Of a stretch of DNA of 64,000 nucleotides, positions 51,397 to 62,162 are shown piece after piece. The translations under genes were made by a program, and so were the position numbers. Position 1 is the stretch's first letter. Every line of letters starts with the position of its first letter. Where the stretch lies: positions 32,001-96,000 of the forward strand of contig JAYGCM010000087.1 in assembly GCA_046583355.1 (NCBI GenBank), in the 5' to 3' direction. This DNA comes from Deltaproteobacteria bacterium (lineage in GTDB: Bacteria > Desulfobacterota > Binatia > UBA12015). The notes under the pieces are model-generated. The model was given only the letters and a program-made list of their open reading frames with translations, was not told the DNA's origin and made no database searches.

Positions 51397-52688
51397 GTAT
51401 GACGAAGAAGGTCGGGATCGATCGAATTGGTGTTTATGTGCCGGGCGAGGTGCTGGCGGCGGAGAAGCTGGCCGAGGCGCGCGATACGCCGGTGGCGAAG
51501 CTGAAGGCTGGACTCGGCATGCACGAGATGGCGGTTGTGCCGCCTTGGGAAGATACCGTCTCGCTGGCCGCCAACGCGGGCCTGCGCGCCCTGGGCAGCG
51601 ACGTTTCCCCCGACGAAATCGGCCTTTGTATCGTCGGTACGGAATCGGGAATCGATCATTCCAAGGCCTCAGCGATCTTCGTTCACGAGTTGCTCGGCCT
51701 GCCGAGTACCTGCCGTACCTATGAAGTGAAACACGCCTGCTATGGCGGCACGGCCGCTCTCCAAACCGCATGTGATTGGATCGCCTCGGGTTCGGCACGG
51801 GGACGCAAGGCGTTGGTGATTGCGACCGATATCGCGAAATACCCGCCGCATTCCGCCGGCGAACCGACGCAGGGCGCGGGCGCGGTGGCGATGGTGGTCG
51901 CGGCCGATCCGACTATTGTCGAGTTGGATCGCCGCAGCATCGGCGTATTCGCAGGCCAGGTGCATGATTTCTGGCGGCCGCTCGATATGGCTCAGGCGCT
52001 GGTCGACGGAAAATATTCGCTCGATTGTTATCTCGATGCGCTCGCCGGAGCCTTCGCGGACTACCGTGGGCAGATCGAGGCCGCCGGCGAGTTGCCGCAG
52101 GGCGAGCATGTCGTTCTCGATGGCTTCGCCCGCTTTCTCTACCACACGCCTTTTCCCAAGATGGCGTGGAAGGCACATGCGATGCTGGCGCCGAAAGATT
52201 GGCAATCGAATGCCGCGCGCGCAGAGCGGCTGGGCGAAGACCTCTCGGCCGCCGTCAAGGCCGATTATGACGAGCGCGTCGATGGCACGCTCTGGGCCTC
52301 GCGACGGATCGGCAATACCTACACGGCGTCCATGTATTTCGGGCTGGCCGCGACTTTGGAGCGGGAGGCGGCGGCGCTTGTCGGTAAGGATCTGGCCTTC
52401 TTCTCCTACGGCAGCGGCTGTTGTTCGGAATTTTTCACCGGGCGCGTGCTGCCGGGTGCGGTAAGCGAGGCCGAGGGTTTCGGTCTTGAAGCGATGCTGG
52501 ATGCACGCCGCCAGGTCGAGATCGAGGAATACGAGCGCCACCATGCCGAGGCCGGCCTACGCGGCGCCGAGTCGCCTGAGGTGCCGCCGGCTGATTTTGT
52601 CGGTCCCTTCTTCTACGCCGGGACGGTTGACGATAAGCGCATATACCAGCGCGCCGCCGCAGGGGCGCTGGTGGCAAAGGCCGGCTGA
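51393..52688 (+). CDS. mvaS: Hydroxymethylglutaryl-CoA synthase
   Basis: GTESGIDHSK (Glu), KHACYGG (Cys), GEPTQGAGAVA, DFWRP, YHTPF (His), GNTYTAS, SYGSG; ATGA overlap with shc. Confidence 0.9.
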   Translation: MSMTKKVGIDRIGVYVPGEVLAAEKLAEARDTPVAKLKAGLGMHEMAVVPPWEDTVSLAANAGLRALGSDVSPDEIGLCIVGTESGIDHSKASAIFVHELLGLPSTCRTYEVKHACYGGTAALQTACDWIASGSARGRKALVIATDIAKYPPHSAGEPTQGAGAVAMVVAADPTIVELDRRSIGVFAGQVHDFWRPLDMAQALVDGKYSLDCYLDALAGAFADYRGQIEAAGELPQGEHVVLDGFARFLYHTPFPKMAWKAHAMLAPKDWQSNAARAERLGEDLSAAVKADYDERVDGTLWASRRIGNTYTASMYFGLAATLEREAAALVGKDLAFFSYGSGCCSEFFTGRVLPGAVSEAEGFGLEAMLDARRQVEIEEYERHHAEAGLRGAESPEVPPADFVGPFFYAGTVDDKRIYQRAAAGALVAKAG

Positions 52689-52692
52689 GATC

Positions 52693-53586
52693 ATGGACGA
52701 GCTTCGCGCGGCCTATGCAGAATGTGAGAAGATCGCCTCTTCGCATTACGAGAATTTCCGCATCGGCTCCCGGCTTCTGCCGGCGGCTGAGAGGCGGCAT
52801 CTCGCTGCACTCTACGCGTTCGCGCGCGGCGCGGACGATATCGCCGACGAGCCGGATACCCCCACCGACCGCATCGGCGCGCTCGACCGCTGGGAAGATG
52901 ATCTCGACCGCGCCCTGGCCGGCGAGAGTGTGGCGCCGGTTTTTGTGGCGACGGCACATACGATTGAGGAATGCGGCCTTGAGGTGGCCGAGCTGCGCAA
53001 GCTTATGCGGGCCTTTCGCTACGATGCGGATTTTCAAACCTACCGCGATTTTGCGGCGCTGCGGGCTTATTGCCGCGACTCCGCATGTCCCGTTGGCCGC
53101 CTCGTGCTCGGCCTTTTTGGCGTGCGCAACGTCGAGGCCGATGCGCTCTCGGACGAAGTCTGCACCGGCCTGCAATTGGTGAATTTCTGGCAGGATCTCT
53201 CGGTCGACCTGCTGCGCGGCCGCAGCACGCTGCCGGTGGCCGACCTCGACGCCCACCCGGGAGCGCGGGTCGCCATCGAGCGCGGCGAGGTGAACCCGGC
53301 CTTCCGCTCCCTGATGGAGTTGGAGATCGAACGCGCACGCCGCTCCCTGCAATGCGGCACCGAGTTGGCGGCACTTCTGCCGCGGCGCGCCGCTTTTGAG
53401 ATCCGCTGCTTTGCGGGCGGCGGACTCGCCATCCTGGCCAAGGTCGAGGCCGGAATTGACGACCTCCTGCGGGTGCGCCCCAGGCTGGGCGCGCTCGCAC
53501 GGGTTCAGATCTTCGCCTCGGCTCTGCGGCCAAAGGCGCCTGCTCGCGGCACTGAGGCGGCGCTCGCGGAGGTGATACGATGTTGA
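52693..53586 (+). CDS. hpnC: Hydroxysqualene synthase HpnC
   Basis: HYENF, YAFARGADDIADE, CTGLQLVNFWQD. Confidence 0.92.
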   Translation: MDELRAAYAECEKIASSHYENFRIGSRLLPAAERRHLAALYAFARGADDIADEPDTPTDRIGALDRWEDDLDRALAGESVAPVFVATAHTIEECGLEVAELRKLMRAFRYDADFQTYRDFAALRAYCRDSACPVGRLVLGLFGVRNVEADALSDEVCTGLQLVNFWQDLSVDLLRGRSTLPVADLDAHPGARVAIERGEVNPAFRSLMELEIERARRSLQCGTELAALLPRRAAFEIRCFAGGGLAILAKVEAGIDDLLRVRPRLGALARVQIFASALRPKAPARGTEAALAEVIRC

Positions 53587-54476
53587 ACTCTTCAGAAGCC
53601 CAATTCTCTCTGGGCGGGGCGGCCGCGCTCGAATCGGATCTCGGCGTCTGCCGTGAGGTCTTGCGGCAGAGCCAATCCAGCTTTCGCTTCGCCTTCCTGC
53701 TCTTGCCCCGTGCGGAGCGTGACGCGCTCTCGGCGGTCTACGCCTTTTGCCGCGCCGCCGATGATATCGCCGACGATGCGGGTGCTACCAGCCCGCAAGA
53801 TAGGCTCGATGCATGGCGCCGCGAGATCGACCGGGTCTTCGCCGGGCGCCCCGCGCACGCGATTGGCCGCGCGCTTGCCTGGGCGATCGATTCGTTTGCT
53901 TTGCTGCGCCACCCCTTCGACGACCTCATCGACGGTGTGGTCACGGATCTGAGCGTGAGTCGCTACGAGACTACGGAGGACCTGGAGAAATATTGCTACC
54001 AGGTTGCCTCGACGGTCGGTCTGCTCTGTGTGCGAATCTTCGGCGCACCGGCGGGTGTGGCAGATGCGTATGCCACCGAATTGGGCAAGGCCTTTCAGTT
54101 GACGAATATCCTTCGCGATATCGGCGAGGATGCCGGCCGCGGACGGATCTACCTGCCGCAGGAGAATCTCCGCCTTGTGGGTTGCTCCGAGGAGTCGATT
54201 CTCGAGGGGCGCGAGACGCCGGCGCTGGGTCGTCTGGTGGAGTTGGAGGTCGCGCGCGCGCGGTGGCTTTATGCACGCGCCGCGGAGTTGCAGCCGGAGG
54301 ATCCGGAGATCCGGCGTCGGCTCAAATCTGCCGAGGCGATGCGCGCGGTGTATTCGGCATTGCTGGACCGAGTGGAATTGGCCGGTGCGGCCGTGATTCA
54401 CCAACCGGTCCGCGTATCGAAGCCGGGCCGGGCCTGGCGTGCTGCCTGGACGTGGCTCAACCCGGCGGGTTCGTGA
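53580..54476 (+). CDS. hpnD: Presqualene diphosphate synthase HpnD
   Basis: SSFRFAF, YAFCRAADDIADD, YCYQVASTVG, FQLTNILRDIGED..GRIYLP. Confidence 0.92.
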   Translation: MLNSSEAQFSLGGAAALESDLGVCREVLRQSQSSFRFAFLLLPRAERDALSAVYAFCRAADDIADDAGATSPQDRLDAWRREIDRVFAGRPAHAIGRALAWAIDSFALLRHPFDDLIDGVVTDLSVSRYETTEDLEKYCYQVASTVGLLCVRIFGAPAGVADAYATELGKAFQLTNILRDIGEDAGRGRIYLPQENLRLVGCSEESILEGRETPALGRLVELEVARARWLYARAAELQPEDPEIRRRLKSAEAMRAVYSALLDRVELAGAAVIHQPVRVSKPGRAWRAAWTWLNPAGS

Positions 54477-55855
54477 ACCCTGACGCGGCGGCAATCGTGG
54501 TCGGCGGCGGGGTTGCCGGTATTGCGGCCGCACTTCATTTGGCGGACGCGGGTCTGCGTGTCGCATTGGTCGAGCGACGGCCTTTTCTTGGTGGTCGCGC
54601 CTTCTCGTTTTCGGATAAAAACTCCGGCATGTCCTTTGATAACGGCCAGCATGCCCTGCTCGGCTGCTACCATGAGATGATCGCTTTTCTCACCCGGATC
54701 GGTGCGGCCGATAGGCTTTATCGCCAACGCGGGATTGAGGTCGAATTGCGCGAAGCCGGCGGCCGGGCCTTTCTCGCGGCGGGTCGCGCTCCGGCGCCCT
54801 TCCATCTCGGTCGTGCCTTGCTCTCCTTCACCTTGCTTACGCCGCGCGAGCGCCTGCGTGCGGCGCGGGGAGCGCTCTCGTTGGTGCGTCGCGCGCATGG
54901 CGCCCCAGTCGCGTTGGCAGGCGAGACGGTTGAAGAGGCGCTTGTCGTAGCGGGGCAGAGTGCCCGAATCCGCGAGGTGCTTTGGTACCCGCTTGCGCTC
55001 GCCGCACTCAATGATGACCCACGCATTGCGTCGGCCACGCTTTTTGCTGCCGTGATCGAACGAGCCTTCTTCGGTCGCGCCGCCGACGCCGCGATCGTCC
55101 TGCCGGCGGTGCCACTCTCGGAACTCATCGCCGAGCCCGCTCGAATAGCGCTGGCACGCGCTGGCGTCGAATTGGTGACGGGCGGCAATGCCACCGCCAT
55201 TACGCTCGCAGCGGATGGTTCTGTCTCTGGTCTGCGCTGCAAGGACGGTAGTGAGCGCGGCGCCGCCGCCATCGTCCTGACGCTCACGCCGTCGCAACTG
55301 GCCGGCTTGCAGATCGGTGCCCTCGCGGCGCCCGACGCACTCGGCGGTCTGCCCGACGCCTTATTCGAGACCGCACCGATCGTCTCGGTGCATGTGCCGC
55401 TGCCGGCACCGGCCGCCTTGCCTGCTGTCACCGGCTTGCTCGGCACGACCACACAATGGGTCTTCAATGCCGATTGCATCCGGCGTGATCGTACGGGCCC
55501 CGGCGGGCTCCTCTCGTGTGTGATCAGTGGCGCGCGTGGGCTTGCGGGCGTAGCTGACCGCGAGGTGGCGCGTCTGGTCGAGCAGGAATTGCATGATTTA
55601 CTTCCCGAAGTGGAGGGAATTTCGGCCGGGGATATGCATATTGTCCGCGAGCTTCATGCGACCATGGCGCCGACCATCGCCGCCCACGCCGCGCGTCCGC
55701 CGGTCGAGACGCGGGTCGCGGGGCTTTTCCTCGCCGGCGATTGGGTGCAGACGGGCCTGCCCGCCACCTTGGAGAGTGCGGCGCTCAGCGGCCGGCTCGC
55801 CGCCGAAGCTTGCTGCCGGCAAGGGCGCGTGCACGCGGCGACCAGGGCAGCATGA
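54473..55855 (+). CDS. hpnE: Hydroxysqualene dehydroxylase HpnE (FAD-dependent)
   Basis: GGGVAG, GGRAFSF, DNGQH, LAGDW..TGLPATLESA; GTGA overlap with hpnD. Confidence 0.92.
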   Translation: MNPDAAAIVVGGGVAGIAAALHLADAGLRVALVERRPFLGGRAFSFSDKNSGMSFDNGQHALLGCYHEMIAFLTRIGAADRLYRQRGIEVELREAGGRAFLAAGRAPAPFHLGRALLSFTLLTPRERLRAARGALSLVRRAHGAPVALAGETVEEALVVAGQSARIREVLWYPLALAALNDDPRIASATLFAAVIERAFFGRAADAAIVLPAVPLSELIAEPARIALARAGVELVTGGNATAITLAADGSVSGLRCKDGSERGAAAIVLTLTPSQLAGLQIGALAAPDALGGLPDALFETAPIVSVHVPLPAPAALPAVTGLLGTTTQWVFNADCIRRDRTGPGGLLSCVISGARGLAGVADREVARLVEQELHDLLPEVEGISAGDMHIVRELHATMAPTIAAHAARPPVETRVAGLFLAGDWVQTGLPATLESAALSGRLAAEACCRQGRVHAATRAA

Positions 55856-57033
55856 GTTTGCCTCTGGCGGTCGCCGGGCTCTCGCTTGCGGCCTGGGTTT
55901 ATCTGACTTTTTTTCATGGTCGGTTCTGGGTGGGCGATCAGCGGCTTGCGGGCAGCGATATCGCGCCAGCCGTCTGGCCGCATCTGCTCGCGGTCGTGCC
56001 GGCGCGCGACGAAGCCGAGGTGATCGAGCGCTCGTTGCTTTCGCTTTTGCAGCAGGATTATCCCGGGCGCCTGACGATCGTGCTGGCCGACGATGAGAGC
56101 AGCGACGATACGAGCGCGCGCGCCACGGCGCTGGCGCGGCGATTGGGCTGCGAGGAGCGCTTGCGCGTGGTTGCCACACCGCCGCGCCCGGCAGGCTGGG
56201 TCGGCAAGATGTGGGCTTTGCAGACCGGTGTGGTCGAGGCCGCGGCAATTGATGGCGACGCCCCGTGGCTGCTCTTCACCGATGCCGATATCGAACATTC
56301 ACCCGGCAATCTGCGCCGCCTGGTGGCGCGCGCCGAGGCCGGTGGTTTGATGCTCCTCTCGCTGATGGTGCGGCTCGAAGCCGACCGGGGCCTGGGGCGA
56401 TTGCTGGTTCCGGCATTCGTCTATTTCTTCCAGAAGCTCTACCCCTTTGCGTTGGTCAATGACCCGGGCTCCAAGGTCGCGGCTGCCGCTGGCGGCTGTC
56501 TCTTGCTGCGCCGCGAGGCGCTCGCGCGTGCCGGTGGTGTCGCGCGGCTACGCGGCGAGGTCATCGACGATTGTGCCTTTGGTCGGATCATGAAGGAGCA
56601 GGGCCCGATCTGGCTCGGGCTGACCGCAAGCGAGCGCAGTATCCGTTCCTATATGGGGCTGGCCGATGTCTGGAAGATGGTCGCGCGCAGCGCCTTTACC
56701 CAACTGCAATATTCCTGGCTACTGCTTGCCGGCACGATGCTCGGCCTTGGGTTGCTCTATCTCGTGCCGCCTATGGCTACGGTCGCGGGCCTGGTCGAGT
56801 CCTCGCCCGCGCTTTTCTTTGCCGGGCTGGCGAGTTGGTTGTTGATGGCCGCGACCTTCGTTCCAACACTCACGCTATACGGCGGCAGCCCGCTCCTGGC
56901 GCTCGCCCTGCCGCTGGCCGGAACTCTTTATGCTGCGATGACCTTGGACTCGGCGCGCCGCCACTATCAGGGCCGCGGCGCCTATTGGAAGGGGCGCTCG
57001 GCCGCGCCGTCTGTTGACGGCACGGGCTTGTAG
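55852..57033 (+). CDS. hpnB: Hopanoid-associated glycosyltransferase (GT2)
   Basis: PARDEA, DDESSD, GWVGKMWA, TDADI, PAFVYFFQKLYP, IDDC, WKMVARSAFTQL, WKGR. Confidence 0.88.
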   Translation: MSLPLAVAGLSLAAWVYLTFFHGRFWVGDQRLAGSDIAPAVWPHLLAVVPARDEAEVIERSLLSLLQQDYPGRLTIVLADDESSDDTSARATALARRLGCEERLRVVATPPRPAGWVGKMWALQTGVVEAAAIDGDAPWLLFTDADIEHSPGNLRRLVARAEAGGLMLLSLMVRLEADRGLGRLLVPAFVYFFQKLYPFALVNDPGSKVAAAAGGCLLLRREALARAGGVARLRGEVIDDCAFGRIMKEQGPIWLGLTASERSIRSYMGLADVWKMVARSAFTQLQYSWLLLAGTMLGLGLLYLVPPMATVAGLVESSPALFFAGLASWLLMAATFVPTLTLYGGSPLLALALPLAGTLYAAMTLDSARRHYQGRGAYWKGRSAAPSVDGTGL

Positions 57034-57044
57034 AGGCCGGACCT

Positions 57045-58082
57045 CTAGCCGTCGACGCCGACCGGGCGGCCGCCTGGTCGCGGGCCAAATTGGTAGCGGG
57101 CCATTTTCCATAGGTCCGCGGCGCTCGAGCCGAGGTGGCGGACCACGCTGGGCTCGAAGCCGGAGTGCATCTTGCAGTTCTGACAGCGATCGTCCTGCCG
57201 GCTCTCCCAGTAATCCCAATTGACGCCGGTCCAGAACTCGTCCCAGGTCGGGTAGAATTTCTCGCCGATGAGGTAGCACGGCCCGCGCCAGCCCATTGGC
57301 GTGCGGGTGGGGTTGCCCCATGGCGTACAGGGGTAGTCGCGCAGGCCGGCGGCAAATTCGAGGAAAAGGGGCGTAGATGAGATGGCGTAGGATTTGGCGA
57401 GCTGGATGACGCGCTTGAATTTGCGCTCGATTTCGTCGCGGAACATGAAATGTTCGTCCGCGCCTTCGATCGCCTGGTAATGGTAGCCGGGAGAAACCAG
57501 CATGCCTTGGACGCCCATCGGCGTGAGCAGAGCGGCCATTTCTTCGAGTTCCTCAAGGCTGGTCTCGCGATAGACCGTCGTATTGGTCGAGACGGCGTAG
57601 CCGCGACGCAGGCCCTCCTTGATCTGCTCGATTGCGGTATCGAAGACGCCCTCGCGCCGGCAGACCATATCGTGGGTCTCGCGCATGCCGTCAAGGTGGA
57701 CATTGATCAACAGGCGTTTATGCGGCTTCATTTTCGCGTAGAAGCTCTCGAGTTCGATCCCGTTGGTGCAGAGGATGACCTGCTTCTTGCGCGCGATGCA
57801 GCCCTCGATCAGTTCGACGATTTCGGGGTAGAGCGTGGGTTCGCCGCCGCAGATCGAGACCACCGGCGCGCCGCAATCGTCGACCGATTGCAGGCAATCT
57901 TCCACCGAGAGGCGGTCTTTGAGCTTGCCGGTATGGCGCTCAGGCGTGCAGCCGATGCAGGCGAGATTGCAGGTATAGAGCGGCTCCAGCATGAGTACGA
58001 TGGGGTAGCGTTTGTTGCCCGCAACCTTGTTCTGGAATTGCCATTTCGCCATATCCGTGGCGACGTGCAGCGGAAATCTCAT
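57045..58082 (-). CDS. hpnH: Adenosyl-hopene transferase HpnH (radical SAM)
   Basis: YPIVLMLEPLYTCNLACIGC, GGEP, CTPWGNPT, PCYL, CQNCKMHSGFE. Confidence 0.95.
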   Translation of the reverse strand: MRFPLHVATDMAKWQFQNKVAGNKRYPIVLMLEPLYTCNLACIGCTPERHTGKLKDRLSVEDCLQSVDDCGAPVVSICGGEPTLYPEIVELIEGCIARKKQVILCTNGIELESFYAKMKPHKRLLINVHLDGMRETHDMVCRREGVFDTAIEQIKEGLRRGYAVSTNTTVYRETSLEELEEMAALLTPMGVQGMLVSPGYHYQAIEGADEHFMFRDEIERKFKRVIQLAKSYAISSTPLFLEFAAGLRDYPCTPWGNPTRTPMGWRGPCYLIGEKFYPTWDEFWTGVNWDYWESRQDDRCQNCKMHSGFEPSVVRHLGSSAADLWKMARYQFGPRPGGRPVGVDG

Positions 58083-58132
58083 CCTGTTCTCCTCCTCGAA
58101 GATGCTTGTCGGCGCAAGCGCTGACCGGGAGG

Positions 58133-58900
58133 TCAGTAGCCCGCGCTGAGGGTTCTGGCAAGCGCGGGAACCAATACACCATGCGCTGCCTGCAAGCGTT
58201 TTAGCGCGCGTCTCGTGCCCAGCGCCAGGCCGATCAGATTGCGCAGCCGGCGCGGCCGTAGGAGGGCTCCGCCGGCCAGTCGGATCTGGGTTGCGAGTTT
58301 TTCCGGGTCGGCCGAACCGAGGTCCGGCAGGGTATCGCGGGCGCCGTCGGCGATGCCGCGTAGGGCGAGTGCGGGGATATCGCAGGCGGCGGCCGCCGCC
58401 AGCAGCGGGCCGCTTTCCATATCCACCGCAATCGCGCCGGTTGCCGCAGCGAGTGCGGCTTTGTCGCGCGGGCGGGTGATCGGAGCATCGACGGTGACCA
58501 GGATTCCGGTGGTCGTGGAGATCCGGGCGCCGCCAATCGACGAGCGCGCAGTTGCCAGCAGGCCGGGGGCGGGGTGCATCGACGGCGCTTCTGCGGCGGC
58601 GCCGTTGCGGACCTCGTGGGCGAGGATCAGTGCGCCTGGGCGGATGGCGCCGGAGAGGGCGCCTGCCAGTCCCGTGGCTACGAGGGCGCGTGGTTCGGCG
58701 GCCAGCAAGAGGGGCGCCGCCCGTGCCGCGTTCTCGGGTCCGATGCCGGTCTTTACGATCCAGGTCGGCACGTCGCCGACGAGCCCGCGGTACCCCTGGA
58801 GGCCGCCGGTCTCGAACGCGCGGGCATCGTCCAGGATGCCGCGTAAAGCACGGCATTCGAGGTCGAGGGCCATGGCCAGAATGATGGTCGGATTGTTCAG
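58133..58900 (-). CDS. hpnG: Hopanoid-associated nucleosidase/phosphorylase HpnG
   Basis: TGIG, TGLAGAL, AVDMES, RGIAD (PNP/MTAN fold), adjacent to hpnH; start probably CTG 58900, alternatively ATG 58873. Confidence 0.8.
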   Translation of the reverse strand: MNNPTIILAMALDLECRALRGILDDARAFETGGLQGYRGLVGDVPTWIVKTGIGPENAARAAPLLLAAEPRALVATGLAGALSGAIRPGALILAHEVRNGAAAEAPSMHPAPGLLATARSSIGGARISTTTGILVTVDAPITRPRDKAALAAATGAIAVDMESGPLLAAAAACDIPALALRGIADGARDTLPDLGSADPEKLATQIRLAGGALLRPRRLRNLIGLALGTRRALKRLQAAHGVLVPALARTLSAGY

Positions 58901-59799
58901 CGGACGTGTACCCGAAAGTTGGCGGCCATGGTTGCGCCGGCCTCGAGGACGACGACGCCCGAGCCGTCGATGCCGTCCGCAAGGAGGTTGAAGCCGTTAT
59001 TCGCGTTGCTCACGGGTTCGAGCGCGAAGAAACTCTCGCCGGGAGGCGTGAAGAGGACCATATGGCGTAAAGGTTTATCGCAATCGATCGCGGCCGTGAC
59101 GCCGCTGCCGGGCCAATGCAGCTCGGCGTGGCCGTCCCAGCCGGTAAAGCAGGTGTCAAAACCGGCGCTTGGCAGAGCGCGCCGCTCAGTGAAATCTTGT
59201 TCGGGCACAAGCGGCCGGGCGGCCTCCTGTGGTGCCAGGCTCGTGTAGGCGCCCGTGGTCCGCATTTGCAACTCGACCTTTTCGTTCGGGTCCAGCAGGG
59301 TGCGTTCGTAATAAGGGTGGAAGCCGAAGCCGGCGGGCATCGGCCCGGTGCCGCGGTTCATGAGTTCGATTCGCGCGGTCATGGTGTCGGCGTGCACGGT
59401 GTAGGTCAGCGTGGCCGCAAAGGGGAAGGGGAAGCCTGGGTCGGGAAGGGCCGCCGAGTCAAAACCAAGGCGGATCTTCTCGTCGCTGCATGCGACGACC
59501 TCCCAGGGTTGCTGGCGCACGCAGCCGTGGATCGCGTAGCCGCCTGTGAAATTGGCCTCGAGCTGCCAGGTCTTGCCAGCAAAATGAAAGCGGGCATCGG
59601 TCAGTCGGTTCGAGAAGGGCGCCAGCACGAACGCCGCCATGGCTGAGGAGTCGAGCTGGGCAATCGCCTCGCGTGGGGTCGCGCGCATCAGCGGGACCCA
59701 GCGCCCCTCGCGCCGGATCGCCAGCGTGACGATGCTCGCCCCGGCCTCCGGCAGCACCTCCAAGCGTAGAGCGTCATTCTGCAATCGTAGCAATGGCAT
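58897..59799 (-). CDS. Aldose 1-epimerase (galactose mutarotase-like) family protein
   Basis: PFSNR, AIHG, GFHPYY, FDTCF, ALEPVS. Confidence 0.88.
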   Translation of the reverse strand: MPLLRLQNDALRLEVLPEAGASIVTLAIRREGRWVPLMRATPREAIAQLDSSAMAAFVLAPFSNRLTDARFHFAGKTWQLEANFTGGYAIHGCVRQQPWEVVACSDEKIRLGFDSAALPDPGFPFPFAATLTYTVHADTMTARIELMNRGTGPMPAGFGFHPYYERTLLDPNEKVELQMRTTGAYTSLAPQEAARPLVPEQDFTERRALPSAGFDTCFTGWDGHAELHWPGSGVTAAIDCDKPLRHMVLFTPPGESFFALEPVSNANNGFNLLADGIDGSGVVVLEAGATMAANFRVHVR

Positions 59800-59946
59800 C
59801 GTCTTGTCTCTCCCCTCGGACCGGAGCGCATCATGCCGGTCGTCGCACAATGGTGCAATCCAGCGGCGCGGCCTGCTCGACCTTGGATTGTCAGCGGATC
59901 CGGGATAATTGTCGGGAGTGATGAGAAACTCAGCGGAAGGGGCGAT

Positions 59947-62127
<2,181 letters not shown>

Positions 62128-62162
62128 CTAACGTACGGCGCGCGCCGTGTTAGAAACCGAAC

